DNA of 26,930 nucleotides from Thermoproteota archaeon (lineage in GTDB: Archaea > Korarchaeota > Korarchaeia > Korarchaeales > Korarchaeaceae). This document shows positions 8,513 to 18,166 of the stretch, in pieces. The stretch is from positions 1-26,930 of the forward strand of contig JAOZFG010000043.1 in NCBI GenBank assembly GCA_027491435.1, written 5' to 3'. Each line of letters begins with the position of its first letter. Position 1 is the first letter of the stretch. Both the position numbers and the translations under genes were made by a program. The notes beneath the pieces were generated by a model that saw only the letters and a list, made by a program, of their open reading frames with translations, did not search any database and was not told the origin of the DNA.

Positions 8513-10708
8513 ATGTTAGAGGACGCCGTCCTTGAGGCGATTAAGTACGGGGAGAGGAGGCTCTTCGTAATCTCTGGGGAAAGCTCTGAAGCCGGAAAGA
8601 GGGCATCTGAGCTACTCAGGGACTGGGCTGACAGGAAAGGGGGCAGGATGTTAGTGGCCAACTTGGAGGGGGTGATGCCCGAGGAGCTGGAAGGCCTTGA
8701 AGGGGAGGTCTCAACTATAAAATTCGATCAGAGCGAGGAAGTCATGGGGAGCACGTGGGATGCCCTATACATGGACTTCTCAAGGCAGATGCGTCCTAAC
8801 GACATGGGCAGGCTCATTGAGGTGGTCAGGGGAGGGGGAATAATCTTAGTAAAGATACCTAAGATCTCCGAATGGGTAAACTCCCTCACAGAGTTTCAGA
8901 AGAGGTTTCTGGTCCCGCCTTTCGAGGAAAGGGGGGTCAGACAGCTCTTCAAGAGGAGGTTCCTGAACAGCCTGGGTGAGCCGGGCACTTTCCTCCAGGA
9001 CCTGGAGAGGGGGGTCATAGGGGAGCTCCACGGGAAGCTCAGCAGGGACAGGGAGCCCAGGGAAGAGGTTGAAGACCCCCTGCTGAAGATGTGCGCTACC
9101 AGGGATCAGCAGAACGCCCTTAAAGCCATGATGAAGGCGTTGAGGGAGAGGAAGAGGTCCGTTATACTGACGGCCAACAGGGGAAGGGGGAAATCAGCCG
9201 TCCTAGGCATGTTCCTGGCCCATGCAGTCACCCAGGGCAGGTTCAAGAAGGTCCTGGTGACGGCCCCCAGCCTTCAGGGGGTTCAGACCCTGTTCGAGTT
9301 CTTGATGAGGGGGCTGGAAGCCCTGGGGGTCAGCTACAACCCTGTGGTCAGGGAGGGTAACGTGGTGGCCGTCCATTATCAAGGCGGGAACGTCTTCTAC
9401 ATGACCCCAGAAAGCGCCTCCAGGCTTGAGGTTAAATTCAAGGTGGTGGACGAAGCGGCAGCTATCCCAATACCTCTCCTCTTTAAGATGTTGAATGAGA
9501 GCAGGTTTTCCATCTTCTCATCCACGGTACACGGTTACGAGGGAGCTGGCAGGGGCTTCACCTTGAGGTTCCTGAAGAGAGTGCGGGAGTCCGGCGTCAA
9601 GCACGTGGAGATAAGGATGAGCGAGCCCATAAGGTATCCCCCAGGGGATCCGGTGGAAGCCTGGCTCTACAAGCTACTCTTGCTGGACGCGGAGCCTTCT
9701 GAACCCCCTCAGGACTTCAACCCGAAAAAGGTGAAGTACTTGAAGCTAGATATCTCTGAGATTAGGGAGGACTTCCTCAGGAAGTTCTACGGGATATACG
9801 TGCTGGCACACTACAGGAACAGGCCGAACGACCTCGCAACCTTGCTTGACGCCCCTCACCACTTCATAAGGGCCCTGGTTTATGGGAACGATCCGATCGT
9901 GGCGATCCACGTAGCAGAGGAAGGGGGCCTTCCATCGGACGTGCTGGAAGAGGTCTACAAGGGGATTAGGGACCTGCCGGGCCACATGATACCCAGCAGG
10001 GTGGTGGCCCACTACGGCTTCAAGTCCTTCGGGAAGCTCAAGGGCTGGAGGATCGTTAGAATAGCCACTCACCCGGAGCTTCAAGGCAGGGGCTTCGGTA
10101 CCCGAGCCCTAGAGGAGTTCGAAGACGAGGCCATGGAGGAAGGCCTGGATTGGATAGGGGCCGGCTTCGGCGTCTCAGAGGACCTGTTGAGGTTCTGGTA
10201 TAGGAACGGCTTCCTGCCCCTGCACATAAGTCCTAAGAGGAACCCAGTTACTGGGGAGTACAGCGTCCTAGTGGTTAAACCGTTAAACGAAGGGGCCAGG
10301 AATCTAATTTCAGAGATAAACAGGGAGTTCAAGAGGAGGTTGATGGACAGCCTTCACGACGTCTACTTCCCCCTGAATCCCATGGTGGCTAGGATGCTCT
10401 TGATTCCAGGGTCCACAGAGGTGAAGCTGAGGCTCAGCCAGTCTCAGAGGAGGAGGCTTCAGAGGTACCTGGAGGGGGAGAACGTTTACGAGCTGGCCTC
10501 CGACTCCATATACCAGCTGGCTAGGTACTACTTCTGGAGGGGGGAGAGGTGCCTAGCTCCAATAGAAGAAGCAATCCTGGTCGCCAAGAGCATGCAGGGA
10601 AAGGACTGGAACTCCATAAAGAGCAGGTTCCACCTGAAGGGCGATCCTTACGAGTTCTTCAGGAACGTAGTCACCGAGCTGATTAGGTGCCTCAACCTGT
10701 CCTTATAG
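8513..10708 (+). CDS. tmcA: tRNA/rRNA cytidine acetyltransferase TmcA/Nat10 (ac4C)
   Basis: TANRGRGKSA, VDEAAAIP, STVHGYEGAGRGF, PIRYPPGDPVE, LAHYRNRPNDL and GNAT RIVRIATHPELQGRGFG. The ATG at 8513, just after the upstream stop, is preferred over 8474. Confidence 0.95.
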   Translation: MLEDAVLEAIKYGERRLFVISGESSEAGKRASELLRDWADRKGGRMLVANLEGVMPEELEGLEGEVSTIKFDQSEEVMGSTWDALYMDFSRQMRPNDMGRLIEVVRGGGIILVKIPKISEWVNSLTEFQKRFLVPPFEERGVRQLFKRRFLNSLGEPGTFLQDLERGVIGELHGKLSRDREPREEVEDPLLKMCATRDQQNALKAMMKALRERKRSVILTANRGRGKSAVLGMFLAHAVTQGRFKKVLVTAPSLQGVQTLFEFLMRGLEALGVSYNPVVREGNVVAVHYQGGNVFYMTPESASRLEVKFKVVDEAAAIPIPLLFKMLNESRFSIFSSTVHGYEGAGRGFTLRFLKRVRESGVKHVEIRMSEPIRYPPGDPVEAWLYKLLLLDAEPSEPPQDFNPKKVKYLKLDISEIREDFLRKFYGIYVLAHYRNRPNDLATLLDAPHHFIRALVYGNDPIVAIHVAEEGGLPSDVLEEVYKGIRDLPGHMIPSRVVAHYGFKSFGKLKGWRIVRIATHPELQGRGFGTRALEEFEDEAMEEGLDWIGAGFGVSEDLLRFWYRNGFLPLHISPKRNPVTGEYSVLVVKPLNEGARNLISEINREFKRRLMDSLHDVYFPLNPMVARMLLIPGSTEVKLRLSQSQRRRLQRYLEGENVYELASDSIYQLARYYFWRGERCLAPIEEAILVAKSMQGKDWNSIKSRFHLKGDPYEFFRNVVTELIRCLNLSL

Positions 10709-11477
10709 CCCTGGCCACCAGGCTCAGATGGGCGCAGGGAGGGTTGAACCTTTCTAACTTCCTTATATCCCCGTAGACACTTTCCGCCCCCCAACCAGAC
10801 CTTCTAAGCATTTCGGCCAGCTCCGTCGGTGTATAAACTCTGATCTCCGTTTCCAACCTGAGAACCAGGGAAAGGCCGTCCCCCTCATCCCTGTAAAGGT
10901 ACCACTTGGAGTAGAGCTTCGACCATATGGGATCGAACTTCCTCTCCTCCAGGAGCACCAAGTTCCCGAACCTCTCGAAAACCTTGTCGCAGTACCTCCA
11001 GTTGGGGGTTTCCCTGTGAACCGTGTTGGCTATTATCAATATTGAGGTGTCTTTAGCCAAGTTCCTGAGCCTCTTGAAGACCTCCTCGTCGGAGGAACCG
11101 TCGTAGTAGCCTAGGGAGGTGGCCACGATGACGAAGGCGTCGAACTTCTCGTGAATTTCCTCGTCAATCCTCCTGGCGTCTGCCACCGCGAACCTAACCC
11201 TGTCCTCGACCCCGTACCTCTTAGCCTTCTCCCTAGCGTCCGTGATGAAGGGGAGGGAGAAGTCAACCCCCAACACGTCGTAGCCCATCCTGGCCAGGGG
11301 AATTGCGACCCTCCCATTGCCGCTGTAAAGTTCGAGGACCTTCCCGGAGGACAGGCCGTACCTCTTGAGGATTTCAGCAATTCCCTTGGCTATGGCCTCG
11401 CCCTCCGACCACATGGAGTTCATTATCTCCATGTAGATGTCTGCCCTCTCCACGAACAGCTTCTCTATCCAGCTCAA
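10692..11477 (-). CDS. class I SAM-dependent methyltransferase
   Basis: Motif I VLELYSGNGRVA, then GVDFS, ADAR and FDA...TSLGYY. Confidence 0.85.
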   Translation of the reverse strand: MSWIEKLFVERADIYMEIMNSMWSEGEAIAKGIAEILKRYGLSSGKVLELYSGNGRVAIPLARMGYDVLGVDFSLPFITDAREKAKRYGVEDRVRFAVADARRIDEEIHEKFDAFVIVATSLGYYDGSSDEEVFKRLRNLAKDTSILIIANTVHRETPNWRYCDKVFERFGNLVLLEERKFDPIWSKLYSKWYLYRDEGDGLSLVLRLETEIRVYTPTELAEMLRRSGWGAESVYGDIRKLERFNPPCAHLSLVARAIRTG

Positions 11478-12443
11478 TTATACCCCCCACTCCACCTCCT
11501 TACCAAGTCCCAGCTCCAGCGACTTATAATAAATGTGGGCGGCCGCGGCCACATCCAGGGCTGAGGTTCCCACCGACTTGTACAGGGTTATCTCATCATA
11601 GGACTCCCTACCAGGCCTCCTCCCAGCTACGATCTCTCCAAGCTCGTATATCTCCTCCGGATTTATTAGCCCCTTGGAGATGGGTATGGCCAGGTCCCCC
11701 GCCTTCAGGGAGTCCATGGTGTCCACCACTATCCTGTCGAACTTCTTGATGGCCGTGTCGTCAAGCTCCCTGGCGTCAGGGGTGTATGCCCCAACCGCGC
11801 ATACGTGGGATCCCTTGGCTAGGTGCTCCCCTGTGAGCACGGGAGTCTTGCTGGTGGTCACCGTCACCATGACGTCTGCCTGCCTAGGGGAGCTAACAAC
11901 CTCCGAGTCAATCCCCCTGGACTTTATGAGCTCCGACAACTTTCTAGCCTTAGCTTCATCTAGGTCCATCACGTAAACCTTCTTTATCGGGAGGACCTCC
12001 GGAATAAGCCTGCTGTGGGACCTCCCCTGGGTCCCAGCTCCCACCACCAACAGGGTCTCGGAGTCCCTCCTAGCAAGGTACTTGGCTGAGACGGCGCTGG
12101 CCCCTCCAGTCCTGTACTCGGTGAGGGTGAAACCGTCTATTAGAGCTAGAGCCCTCCCATCCTCGGCGTCAAGCAGGACTACCACTGCCGGCACGGTGGG
12201 CAGGCCCTTCTTGGGGTTTTCAGGGAAGACCCCCACTATCTTAACAGCCACGACATTGGATCCGGAGGAGAAAGCTGGCATAATGCCAATCCATCCTCTG
12301 GGGAGGTCTGTGGAAAGCCTAGAAGGATACCATCCCTCTTTAAGCGATTTCTCCTTCAGCCCTCTAGCTAAAGAGTCCAGGAAGGACTGGACGTCGCTCT
12401 CAACAGCCTTCCTCACGTCATCAGGTCCTATCAGGAGCATCAA
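11478..12443 (-). CDS. ornithine cyclodeaminase / mu-crystallin family protein (archaeal alanine dehydrogenase-like)
   Basis: MPA, KIVGVFPENPKKGLP, LTEYRTGGAS, Rossmann GAGTQG, AVGA...RELD and YKSVG...DVA. Confidence 0.9.
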   Translation of the reverse strand: MMLLIGPDDVRKAVESDVQSFLDSLARGLKEKSLKEGWYPSRLSTDLPRGWIGIMPAFSSGSNVVAVKIVGVFPENPKKGLPTVPAVVVLLDAEDGRALALIDGFTLTEYRTGGASAVSAKYLARRDSETLLVVGAGTQGRSHSRLIPEVLPIKKVYVMDLDEAKARKLSELIKSRGIDSEVVSSPRQADVMVTVTTSKTPVLTGEHLAKGSHVCAVGAYTPDARELDDTAIKKFDRIVVDTMDSLKAGDLAIPISKGLINPEEIYELGEIVAGRRPGRESYDEITLYKSVGTSALDVAAAAHIYYKSLELGLGKEVEWGV

Positions 12444-12457
12444 CTAATCCGCCAGAA

Positions 12458-13891
12458 CTAACTTAAATTCTTGGTTACGTAAAAGGAACCCTTCAACCTC
12501 TCGTAACCGAGCTTCCTGAAGTAGTTCCTGGCCCCGACCCCAGATATGACGAGCATCTTCTTGGAGTCAAACTCTTCCACGGCTATCCTTTCGGCCTCCT
12601 CCATAAGCCACTTCCCAAAGCCCCTGTGCTGAGCTCCCTCATTTGGTCGCTCTCCTACCGGTACCAGAGGGCCGTAAACGTGTATCTCCCTTATTATGGA
12701 GGTCCTCTCATCAACCTCCCACCTGTGAGCTAGTACTGAGGGAATCCTCAACCTGAGAACCCCCATGAGAACGTCTTTATCGTCTACAATTGAGAGGAAG
12801 ACCTCATGGCCCCCGCTGGCCTCGTAGTCTATCCTCTCTAACCTTACCGATCTGTAATTCGGCTTGACCCCCCTAGCCATGGCGTGTCCCACCTCCCTGT
12901 ACCTTATCTCATTTATCTTCTCGCCCCTTCTCTCCAGGTACTGCTCGACCATCTGCCTCAGGTTCCTCCTCTTGGGACCGTCCAATATGTACTCCTCCGG
13001 AATGTCCCTCTGTACGTGTTGAATCCTGACCCAACGGGGCATTATCCTGTAAACCCTTATCAGGTACTCCAGGGTCTCCTCCTCGCTCAGACCCCTGTAC
13101 TCGCCCCTCTTCCACATCTCGTAAAGCTCAGTTCCCTCTATCACCAGGGTGGGGTAGATCTTGAGCATGTCCGGCCTGAACCTGGGGTCCTCGAACACGA
13201 GCCTGAAGGCCTCCACGTCCCTGTCCAGGTCGGACCCGGGAAGGCCAGGCATCAGGTGGTAGCACACCTTGTAGCCGGCGTCCTTCAGTATTCTGGTGGC
13301 CTCCACCACGTCCTTGACCGTGTGCCCCCTCTTGACCCTCTCAAGGACGTCGTCGAAGGGGCTCTGAACACCTATCTCAACCCTGGTAGCTCCGAGGTAG
13401 AGCATCTTGTCTACGTGCTCCTCTTTGGCCCAGTCAGGCCTGGTCTCTATGGTCAGAGCTACGCACCTCGCTTTAGCTGACTCGTTCAGGGCATGGGCCT
13501 CCAACAGATTATTGGATGGGATCTCATCGCCGGGGAATGAGTTAAGGGCGTCGAAGGCCCTCTTTATGAACCACTCCTGGTAGGGGAAGGGCATGGCAGT
13601 GAAGGTCCCGCCCATCACTATCATCTCAACCTTTGAGGGGAAGAAGCCGGCCATGAGGTGCTGCTGAAGCCTCATCCACACCTGTTTAAAGGGGTCGTAG
13701 TTCACTTTAGCCGCCCTCATAACGGTGGGGCTCCTGTCAACGTAGCTCTGGGGAGTTTGCCCGCCTCCAGGACAGTAGATACACCTGCCGTGCGGGCAAG
13801 GGTATGGCCTGGCCATGACAGGAACTATCGCCACTCCCGAAGCTACCCTGGCCCTCCTGACGGGCCTTAGCTTCAACCCCTCCACCGTCAT
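12458..13891 (-). CDS. elp3: tRNA uridine(34) acetyltransferase Elp3 (radical SAM plus KAT)
   Basis: CPHGRCIYCPGG, MGGTF, IETRPD, EIGVQS, KIYPTLV, VQRDIP, QHRGFG and ISGVGARNYFRKLGY. The start is placed at the ATG at 13891, 1 bp after the upstream stop. Confidence 0.95.
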   Translation of the reverse strand: MTVEGLKLRPVRRARVASGVAIVPVMARPYPCPHGRCIYCPGGGQTPQSYVDRSPTVMRAAKVNYDPFKQVWMRLQQHLMAGFFPSKVEMIVMGGTFTAMPFPYQEWFIKRAFDALNSFPGDEIPSNNLLEAHALNESAKARCVALTIETRPDWAKEEHVDKMLYLGATRVEIGVQSPFDDVLERVKRGHTVKDVVEATRILKDAGYKVCYHLMPGLPGSDLDRDVEAFRLVFEDPRFRPDMLKIYPTLVIEGTELYEMWKRGEYRGLSEEETLEYLIRVYRIMPRWVRIQHVQRDIPEEYILDGPKRRNLRQMVEQYLERRGEKINEIRYREVGHAMARGVKPNYRSVRLERIDYEASGGHEVFLSIVDDKDVLMGVLRLRIPSVLAHRWEVDERTSIIREIHVYGPLVPVGERPNEGAQHRGFGKWLMEEAERIAVEEFDSKKMLVISGVGARNYFRKLGYERLKGSFYVTKNLS

Positions 13892-13892
13892 C

Positions 13893-14525
13893 TCAGACCT
13901 TCTCCGCCACCACCACGTGATTCTCAGCAAACCACCGATATTTAAAGCTCCTCCCGTAGGAGCGAACTATCTTCAGACCGGCCTTTCTCACTAACGACTC
14001 TAGCTCTCCCCTAGTGAAGAGGTGATAGTAGCGCTGGTAAACCCTGCCCTTCCTGTGCCAGGGGACCGTCAGATCCCCGAGCTCTCTACCCATCAACGGA
14101 TTGAGCAGCATAAAGGGTATCTTACTGAAGAAGCGGGGTTGTAAGAGGGCCCAGGCTGAGACAATAAGTCTCCCACCAGGCTTGAGCACCCTCCTGACCT
14201 CCTTTAGGGAACGCAAGCGATCCCCCTTAGGCAGGTGATGTATGGTCGCTAGGTAAAGGACTGTGCCGAAGGAGGAGTCCCGGAAGGGGAGGTAGGAGGC
14301 ATCGCACTGCACGAGGTCATTTACCCTCTTCTTGGCCACCATGAGCATGCCCCAAGAGATGTCAGCGCAAACGACCTGGTACCCTTTGTCCTTCAGGTAA
14401 CTTGCATGCCTCCCGTTACCGCATCCCAGGTCTAAGACGGGATCCCTCTCAACTAGGTCCACCTCAGGCCAGGGCCTTCCCCTTGTGTGATCGAACCCCT
14501 CAGCTATCTCATCGTATACCCTCAT
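13893..14525 (-). CDS. trm9: Trm9/ALKBH8-like tRNA carboxymethyluridine methyltransferase
   Basis: VYDEIAEGFDHTRGRPWPEV, LDLGCGNG, ATIHHL, VPW and YQRYYHLFTRGELESL resemble Trm9-family signatures. The gene is directly upstream of elp3. Confidence 0.75.
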   Translation of the reverse strand: MRVYDEIAEGFDHTRGRPWPEVDLVERDPVLDLGCGNGRHASYLKDKGYQVVCADISWGMLMVAKKRVNDLVQCDASYLPFRDSSFGTVLYLATIHHLPKGDRLRSLKEVRRVLKPGGRLIVSAWALLQPRFFSKIPFMLLNPLMGRELGDLTVPWHRKGRVYQRYYHLFTRGELESLVRKAGLKIVRSYGRSFKYRWFAENHVVVAEKV

Positions 14526-15003
14526 AACATCCCGCTTTATATTCAGTTTAACACCCCCACACTAGTTCGCAAATCCTCTTTTCCAGTGAGACGTTACACG
14601 TCTGAACTAAGAGCACCTATACTCTCCCCTTTATTCATTTATTTCGTTTAATCCTGCGTTCGAGCTTCAGCAGGGCCCAATCTCCTCAACCTCCCTGACA
14701 GATGCTTGTCAAGCAAAAGGCAGTTTGAGCCACATCACCTCTTCCCTACAACCCTATAATTCATAAAGAGACGCTAATGGCTTGTGAAACTAGCTGATAT
14801 GGACTTCGTCAACTCATGATATTGCAGAGCTAGATCAAGCTACTATTATAAGCTCAACCATTCGCTTCTTGGAAACGCCATCCATGCCCACCGACGATCT
14901 CGTTTGGACGTGCTGTTCACGGGTGCCCCAAAAACCTCGCTAACCCTAAGCATTAAAGTAACGTCTGTTGATCGATCCGCGATGGATTCCTTCAACAGCG
15001 TTG

Positions 15004-15414
15004 TCAACCGCCAACGCATGCTTCTATCACAACGACGCCTGAGCATCCGTCTACCACAAAATCCACCTCCTTTAACCACTCCACTCCCAAGAGGATCTCC
15101 TCAACGTTTGAAGCGGTCTCCACAAGACCCTCCACTCCTAATCTGATGTCAGGAAGCTCTATCACTGCATAGTTTCCCTTAAGCTCTATCTCCCTTCCAT
15201 CAGCAGTTTTCGCCACACTCCTCACGGGTTCTAGCTGGTTCAACCCCAGCTCCTCAAACACATCTTCGGGGACGAGCACAAAACCCGTATAACCTGTATC
15301 CAGAACAGCTAGGATCTCTCCCTTCTCATTCGGGTACCTTCCCCCAGTAAGGGGGCTTCTGATGATCACCGGCACGAGGATGGATTCCCCTAAAGGGAGC
15401 CTAAGGCCCGTCAA
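15004..15414 (-). CDS. clan AA (retropepsin-like) aspartic protease
   Basis: AVLDTGYTG catalytic motif, TADG flap and ILLGVEWL. Confidence 0.8.
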   Translation of the reverse strand: MTGLRLPLGESILVPVIIRSPLTGGRYPNEKGEILAVLDTGYTGFVLVPEDVFEELGLNQLEPVRSVAKTADGREIELKGNYAVIELPDIRLGVEGLVETASNVEEILLGVEWLKEVDFVVDGCSGVVVIEACVGG

Positions 15415-15752
15415 GTAAGCCTCCTCCCAAGAATCCTCAGCCCGATCCTTCTCTCTTTAGGAGGGGCGGGTTCTCGCACTATTCTAAGTCCTCTCATGGG
15501 CTCTCCCATCTCTTTGAGTTTATCAGCCAGCTCCTCCAGGTTAGGAGCCTCAGCGATCAGCCTTCCTCCCTTGAAGGCTTTGTACACCTTCCCACCAGAG
15601 CTCATCTCATTAGGGGTGGACGTCAGCCACGCCCTAATGGCCTCCTCTATCGCTTTTGAAAGGGCACCTCTTCTGGCCCCGTAGAGCTGAGCGGCCCTCT
15701 TCCTGAGGGCCCGTTCTACATCGTCGCTTATCCTTATGGTGAGCGTTCCCAT
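15411..15752 (-). CDS. ribbon-helix-helix protein with small C-terminal domain (antitoxin-like)
   Basis: GTLTIRISDDVERALR...LSKAIEEAIRAWL fits RHH. It overlaps the protease gene by 4 bp. Confidence 0.75.
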   Translation of the reverse strand: MGTLTIRISDDVERALRKRAAQLYGARRGALSKAIEEAIRAWLTSTPNEMSSGGKVYKAFKGGRLIAEAPNLEELADKLKEMGEPMRGLRIVREPAPPKERRIGLRILGRRLT

Positions 15753-15773
15753 ATGGAAAAAGCGTATGTAAGT

Positions 15774-15789
15774 AAATAAATATTTATTT
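15774..15789. promoter_or_regulatory. perfect 16-bp palindrome over the promoter region of the RHH gene
   Basis: AAATAAAT-ATTTATTT lies 22-37 bp upstream of the minus-strand ATG at 15752. Confidence 0.45.
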
Positions 15790-16224
15790 GTTGTTGGAGC
15801 TCTACGCTATACGTCCAGAAATTTAACTTAGGAAGTTACTTGAAGCTTAACAAGCCTTCGGGAGCGTGGGCCGTTAATCGAAAGGTTAACTCCGGATAAT
15901 TTTATTGTGGAAGACCTTATGGCCTACCAACAACTTGCCAAGAGCGCAGTCACTCTGATGTAAGATAGTCCCATAGCCTCCTATGGAAGGGGCACTCTTG
16001 GGGATTTCTTAAAGCCATGCTCACTCTTGGGCTGGGGCGTATCCTCATGAAGGTTAACCTAAGCCCCCTTTGGAGTAAATGTAAAGGGTAGGAAGGCCAT
16101 TCAGTACTTGGAATCCCCACCAGGGCAATACCTCACATGAAGTTTTCACGTCCAGGCGGTGAGAGCAAAACTTCCAGCGCTCTCTAAAGCCCCTCACTTA
16201 TATCTCTACAATAACTTCCTAAGT

Positions 16225-16998
16225 TCAGATCTCAAATTCGGCCACAAGTATCGTGTGATCCGAAGGCTTCTCGGCGAGCCTGGGCTTCAGGTCTATGTAG
16301 CTGTTCACCGACTTCTCGGCCAAAGGCTTCGTCGCTAGTATATGATCGACCCTCCACCCCAGCCCCCTCTCCACCGCCTTGGGCACCCTGTAGTCGTAGA
16401 AGGTGTACTGCTTAGGCTCCCCCGGGTGGTGCTTCCTGAAGACGTCCACGAATCCCCACTCCATCACCTTTTTGAACTGCTCCCTGGCCTTTATGTGGAA
16501 ACAGACGTGGTTTTTCAGCTTCTTGGGGCTATGAACGTCTATCTCTTCAGGGGCCACGTTCATGTCGCCGCACCACAGTATGAGGTCGTCGGGCGAGTAC
16601 TCCCTATCGAAGAGCCTCCTCAGGTCCTCTAACCACTTAAGCTTGTACTGGTACTTGGGATCGTCTATCTTATATCCTTGGGGCACGTAAGTGTTTATGA
16701 CCTTAACCCCTTTGTAGACGCCCCTGATGAGCCTGTCCTCGTCCCTCCCAAAGAGCCCAAATGAAACGTCCTCTAATTCCTCCTTGGAGGCTATGGCAAC
16801 CCCGTTGTAACGGCCGAATCCCCTGAACACAACCTTGTAGCCTATCTCCTCGAACTTGTCCTTGGGGAACTTATCGTCCGAGACCTTCGTCTCCTGCATG
16901 CATAAGAGGTCTGGCCGTTCCTTCTCAAGCCAGGGGATTACTATGTGAAGCCTGGACCTTATCGAGTTGACGTTGTAAGTGGCGACCTTTAACCTCAA
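16225..16998 (-). CDS. xth: exodeoxyribonuclease III / AP endonuclease
   Basis: TYNVNS, QETK, YNGVA, YVPQG, GDMN, GWRVDH and SDH. Confidence 0.95.
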   Translation of the reverse strand: MRLKVATYNVNSIRSRLHIVIPWLEKERPDLLCMQETKVSDDKFPKDKFEEIGYKVVFRGFGRYNGVAIASKEELEDVSFGLFGRDEDRLIRGVYKGVKVINTYVPQGYKIDDPKYQYKLKWLEDLRRLFDREYSPDDLILWCGDMNVAPEEIDVHSPKKLKNHVCFHIKAREQFKKVMEWGFVDVFRKHHPGEPKQYTFYDYRVPKAVERGLGWRVDHILATKPLAEKSVNSYIDLKPRLAEKPSDHTILVAEFEI

Positions 16999-17859
16999 CT
17001 TGTCACCCGGTCAGGAGGAAGGGCTAGAATAAAGGGTTTTCCTGGGGAGAGCTTACCGATTAGCGACCTCAATGTTGCAGTGTATGGGAGCGCTAATGCA
17101 CAAGTCCCTTCAAGGGCCCTACGGGCTAGCTGGCGAACGTTAACCGAGGGAAACTGAAATCCCAAGGAAGAGCTCAGTAGATTAGTGGCAATCTTCGCTA
17201 CATCTACACCTTCAGCCCACTGCTAGAACTGACGTCTCTCAAGCATCTTAAGTACTAACTCCCGGCGGCTGGCTAATCACCAGGGGCCAAATACGTGAAA
17301 ATACGCCAGAGGCCTTAAAGCGTTTCAACGACTCAACAGTTAAAAGGGAACATTAAACGGGCTGAGGACAGCTGGTGAAAACGTAAGGAGGTAATCAGCC
17401 CGCCTCCAGGAGCGCCTCTATGACCACGTCATGCAGGGCCGGGAATACTAGAGACAGGAAAAAGGAGAAAATAGTCTGGGGAAGGGCCATCACTGGGCAG
17501 AACCTCCCCCTTTAATTCACCTACGTGAAGGGAAAAGGAGGCAGATGCTGAAGGGGTACCAAGGCTACATCAATTCCTATAAACTGAAAACCCATCCCAG
17601 ATGCTCTATAAAGTTTAAAGAGAGGGCCGCCTGTCCCTCGCCAATAACTAGGTGAGTGACAGCCGTCGCCAGGTGACCTCCGTGAAGTGGAGGGAATACC
17701 TCATAGGCCTAGGTAGTATATTCAATCATACCACCCTCACCCATCACCCGTACATGCTGCCGGCTTACATGCTCATGACCGGGTAGACGAGTAACTGAAA
17801 GTAAAGCCCAGCGTAACCATCTAAAGGACGACTGGATAAACGGCCTAATAGTATTAGGG

Positions 17860-18145
17860 GTGAAATCGTTGGTGAGCCTCATGGACGAAGTAGCCAAGAG
17901 TCTGGGAGTCGAGCCTAAGCTTGTGGAGAGACTCGTTGAAGTTATGGCTGGAGAGGAAGCTAAGACTCGCCGAAGCAGGTATTCGAGATACTCGACATAT
18001 ATCATGTGGAAGTGTGGATGAGCTTGAGAGGAGGATGGCTAAGGGTGAGGCACCCAAGCACCCTGGCTGGGAGAACCTCATAACGCTGGAACGCCTGACT
18101 TAGGAGAGGAAGAGGATTCTGGAGGCTCTGAAGCGTGTTATATGA
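17860..18145 (+). pseudogene. decayed antitoxin-like partner of a DUF6516 gene
   Basis: MDEVAKSLGVEPK continues in another frame as LWRDSLKLWLERKL...SVDELERRMAKGEAPKHPGWENLITLERL. An in-frame TAG at 18101-18103 is followed by ERKRILEALKRVI-stop. Confidence 0.6.
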
Positions 18146-18166
18146 CCCCCTGCTCGAGATCCGCGA

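Noticed and set aside
13892-13930. Elp3 start at 13930
   Set aside because: It adds an implausible MLRITWWWRRRSE peptide overlapping the upstream gene. The ATG at 13891 fits coupling.
14530-15146. Short ORFs 14846..15079 and 14904..15146, or an RNA gene in this gap
   Set aside because: The ORFs overlap the protease gene and lack motifs. No tRNA or other recognisable RNA structure was seen.
15790-16224. Possible membrane-protein remnant (MEGALLGFLKAMLTLGLG...)
   Set aside because: Too short and fragmented to support any call.
17152-17800. Three AACTGAAA motifs (17152, 17582, 17793) as a degenerate CRISPR array
   Set aside because: Spacing is irregular and the upstream sequences do not resemble each other or the 26489 repeat.
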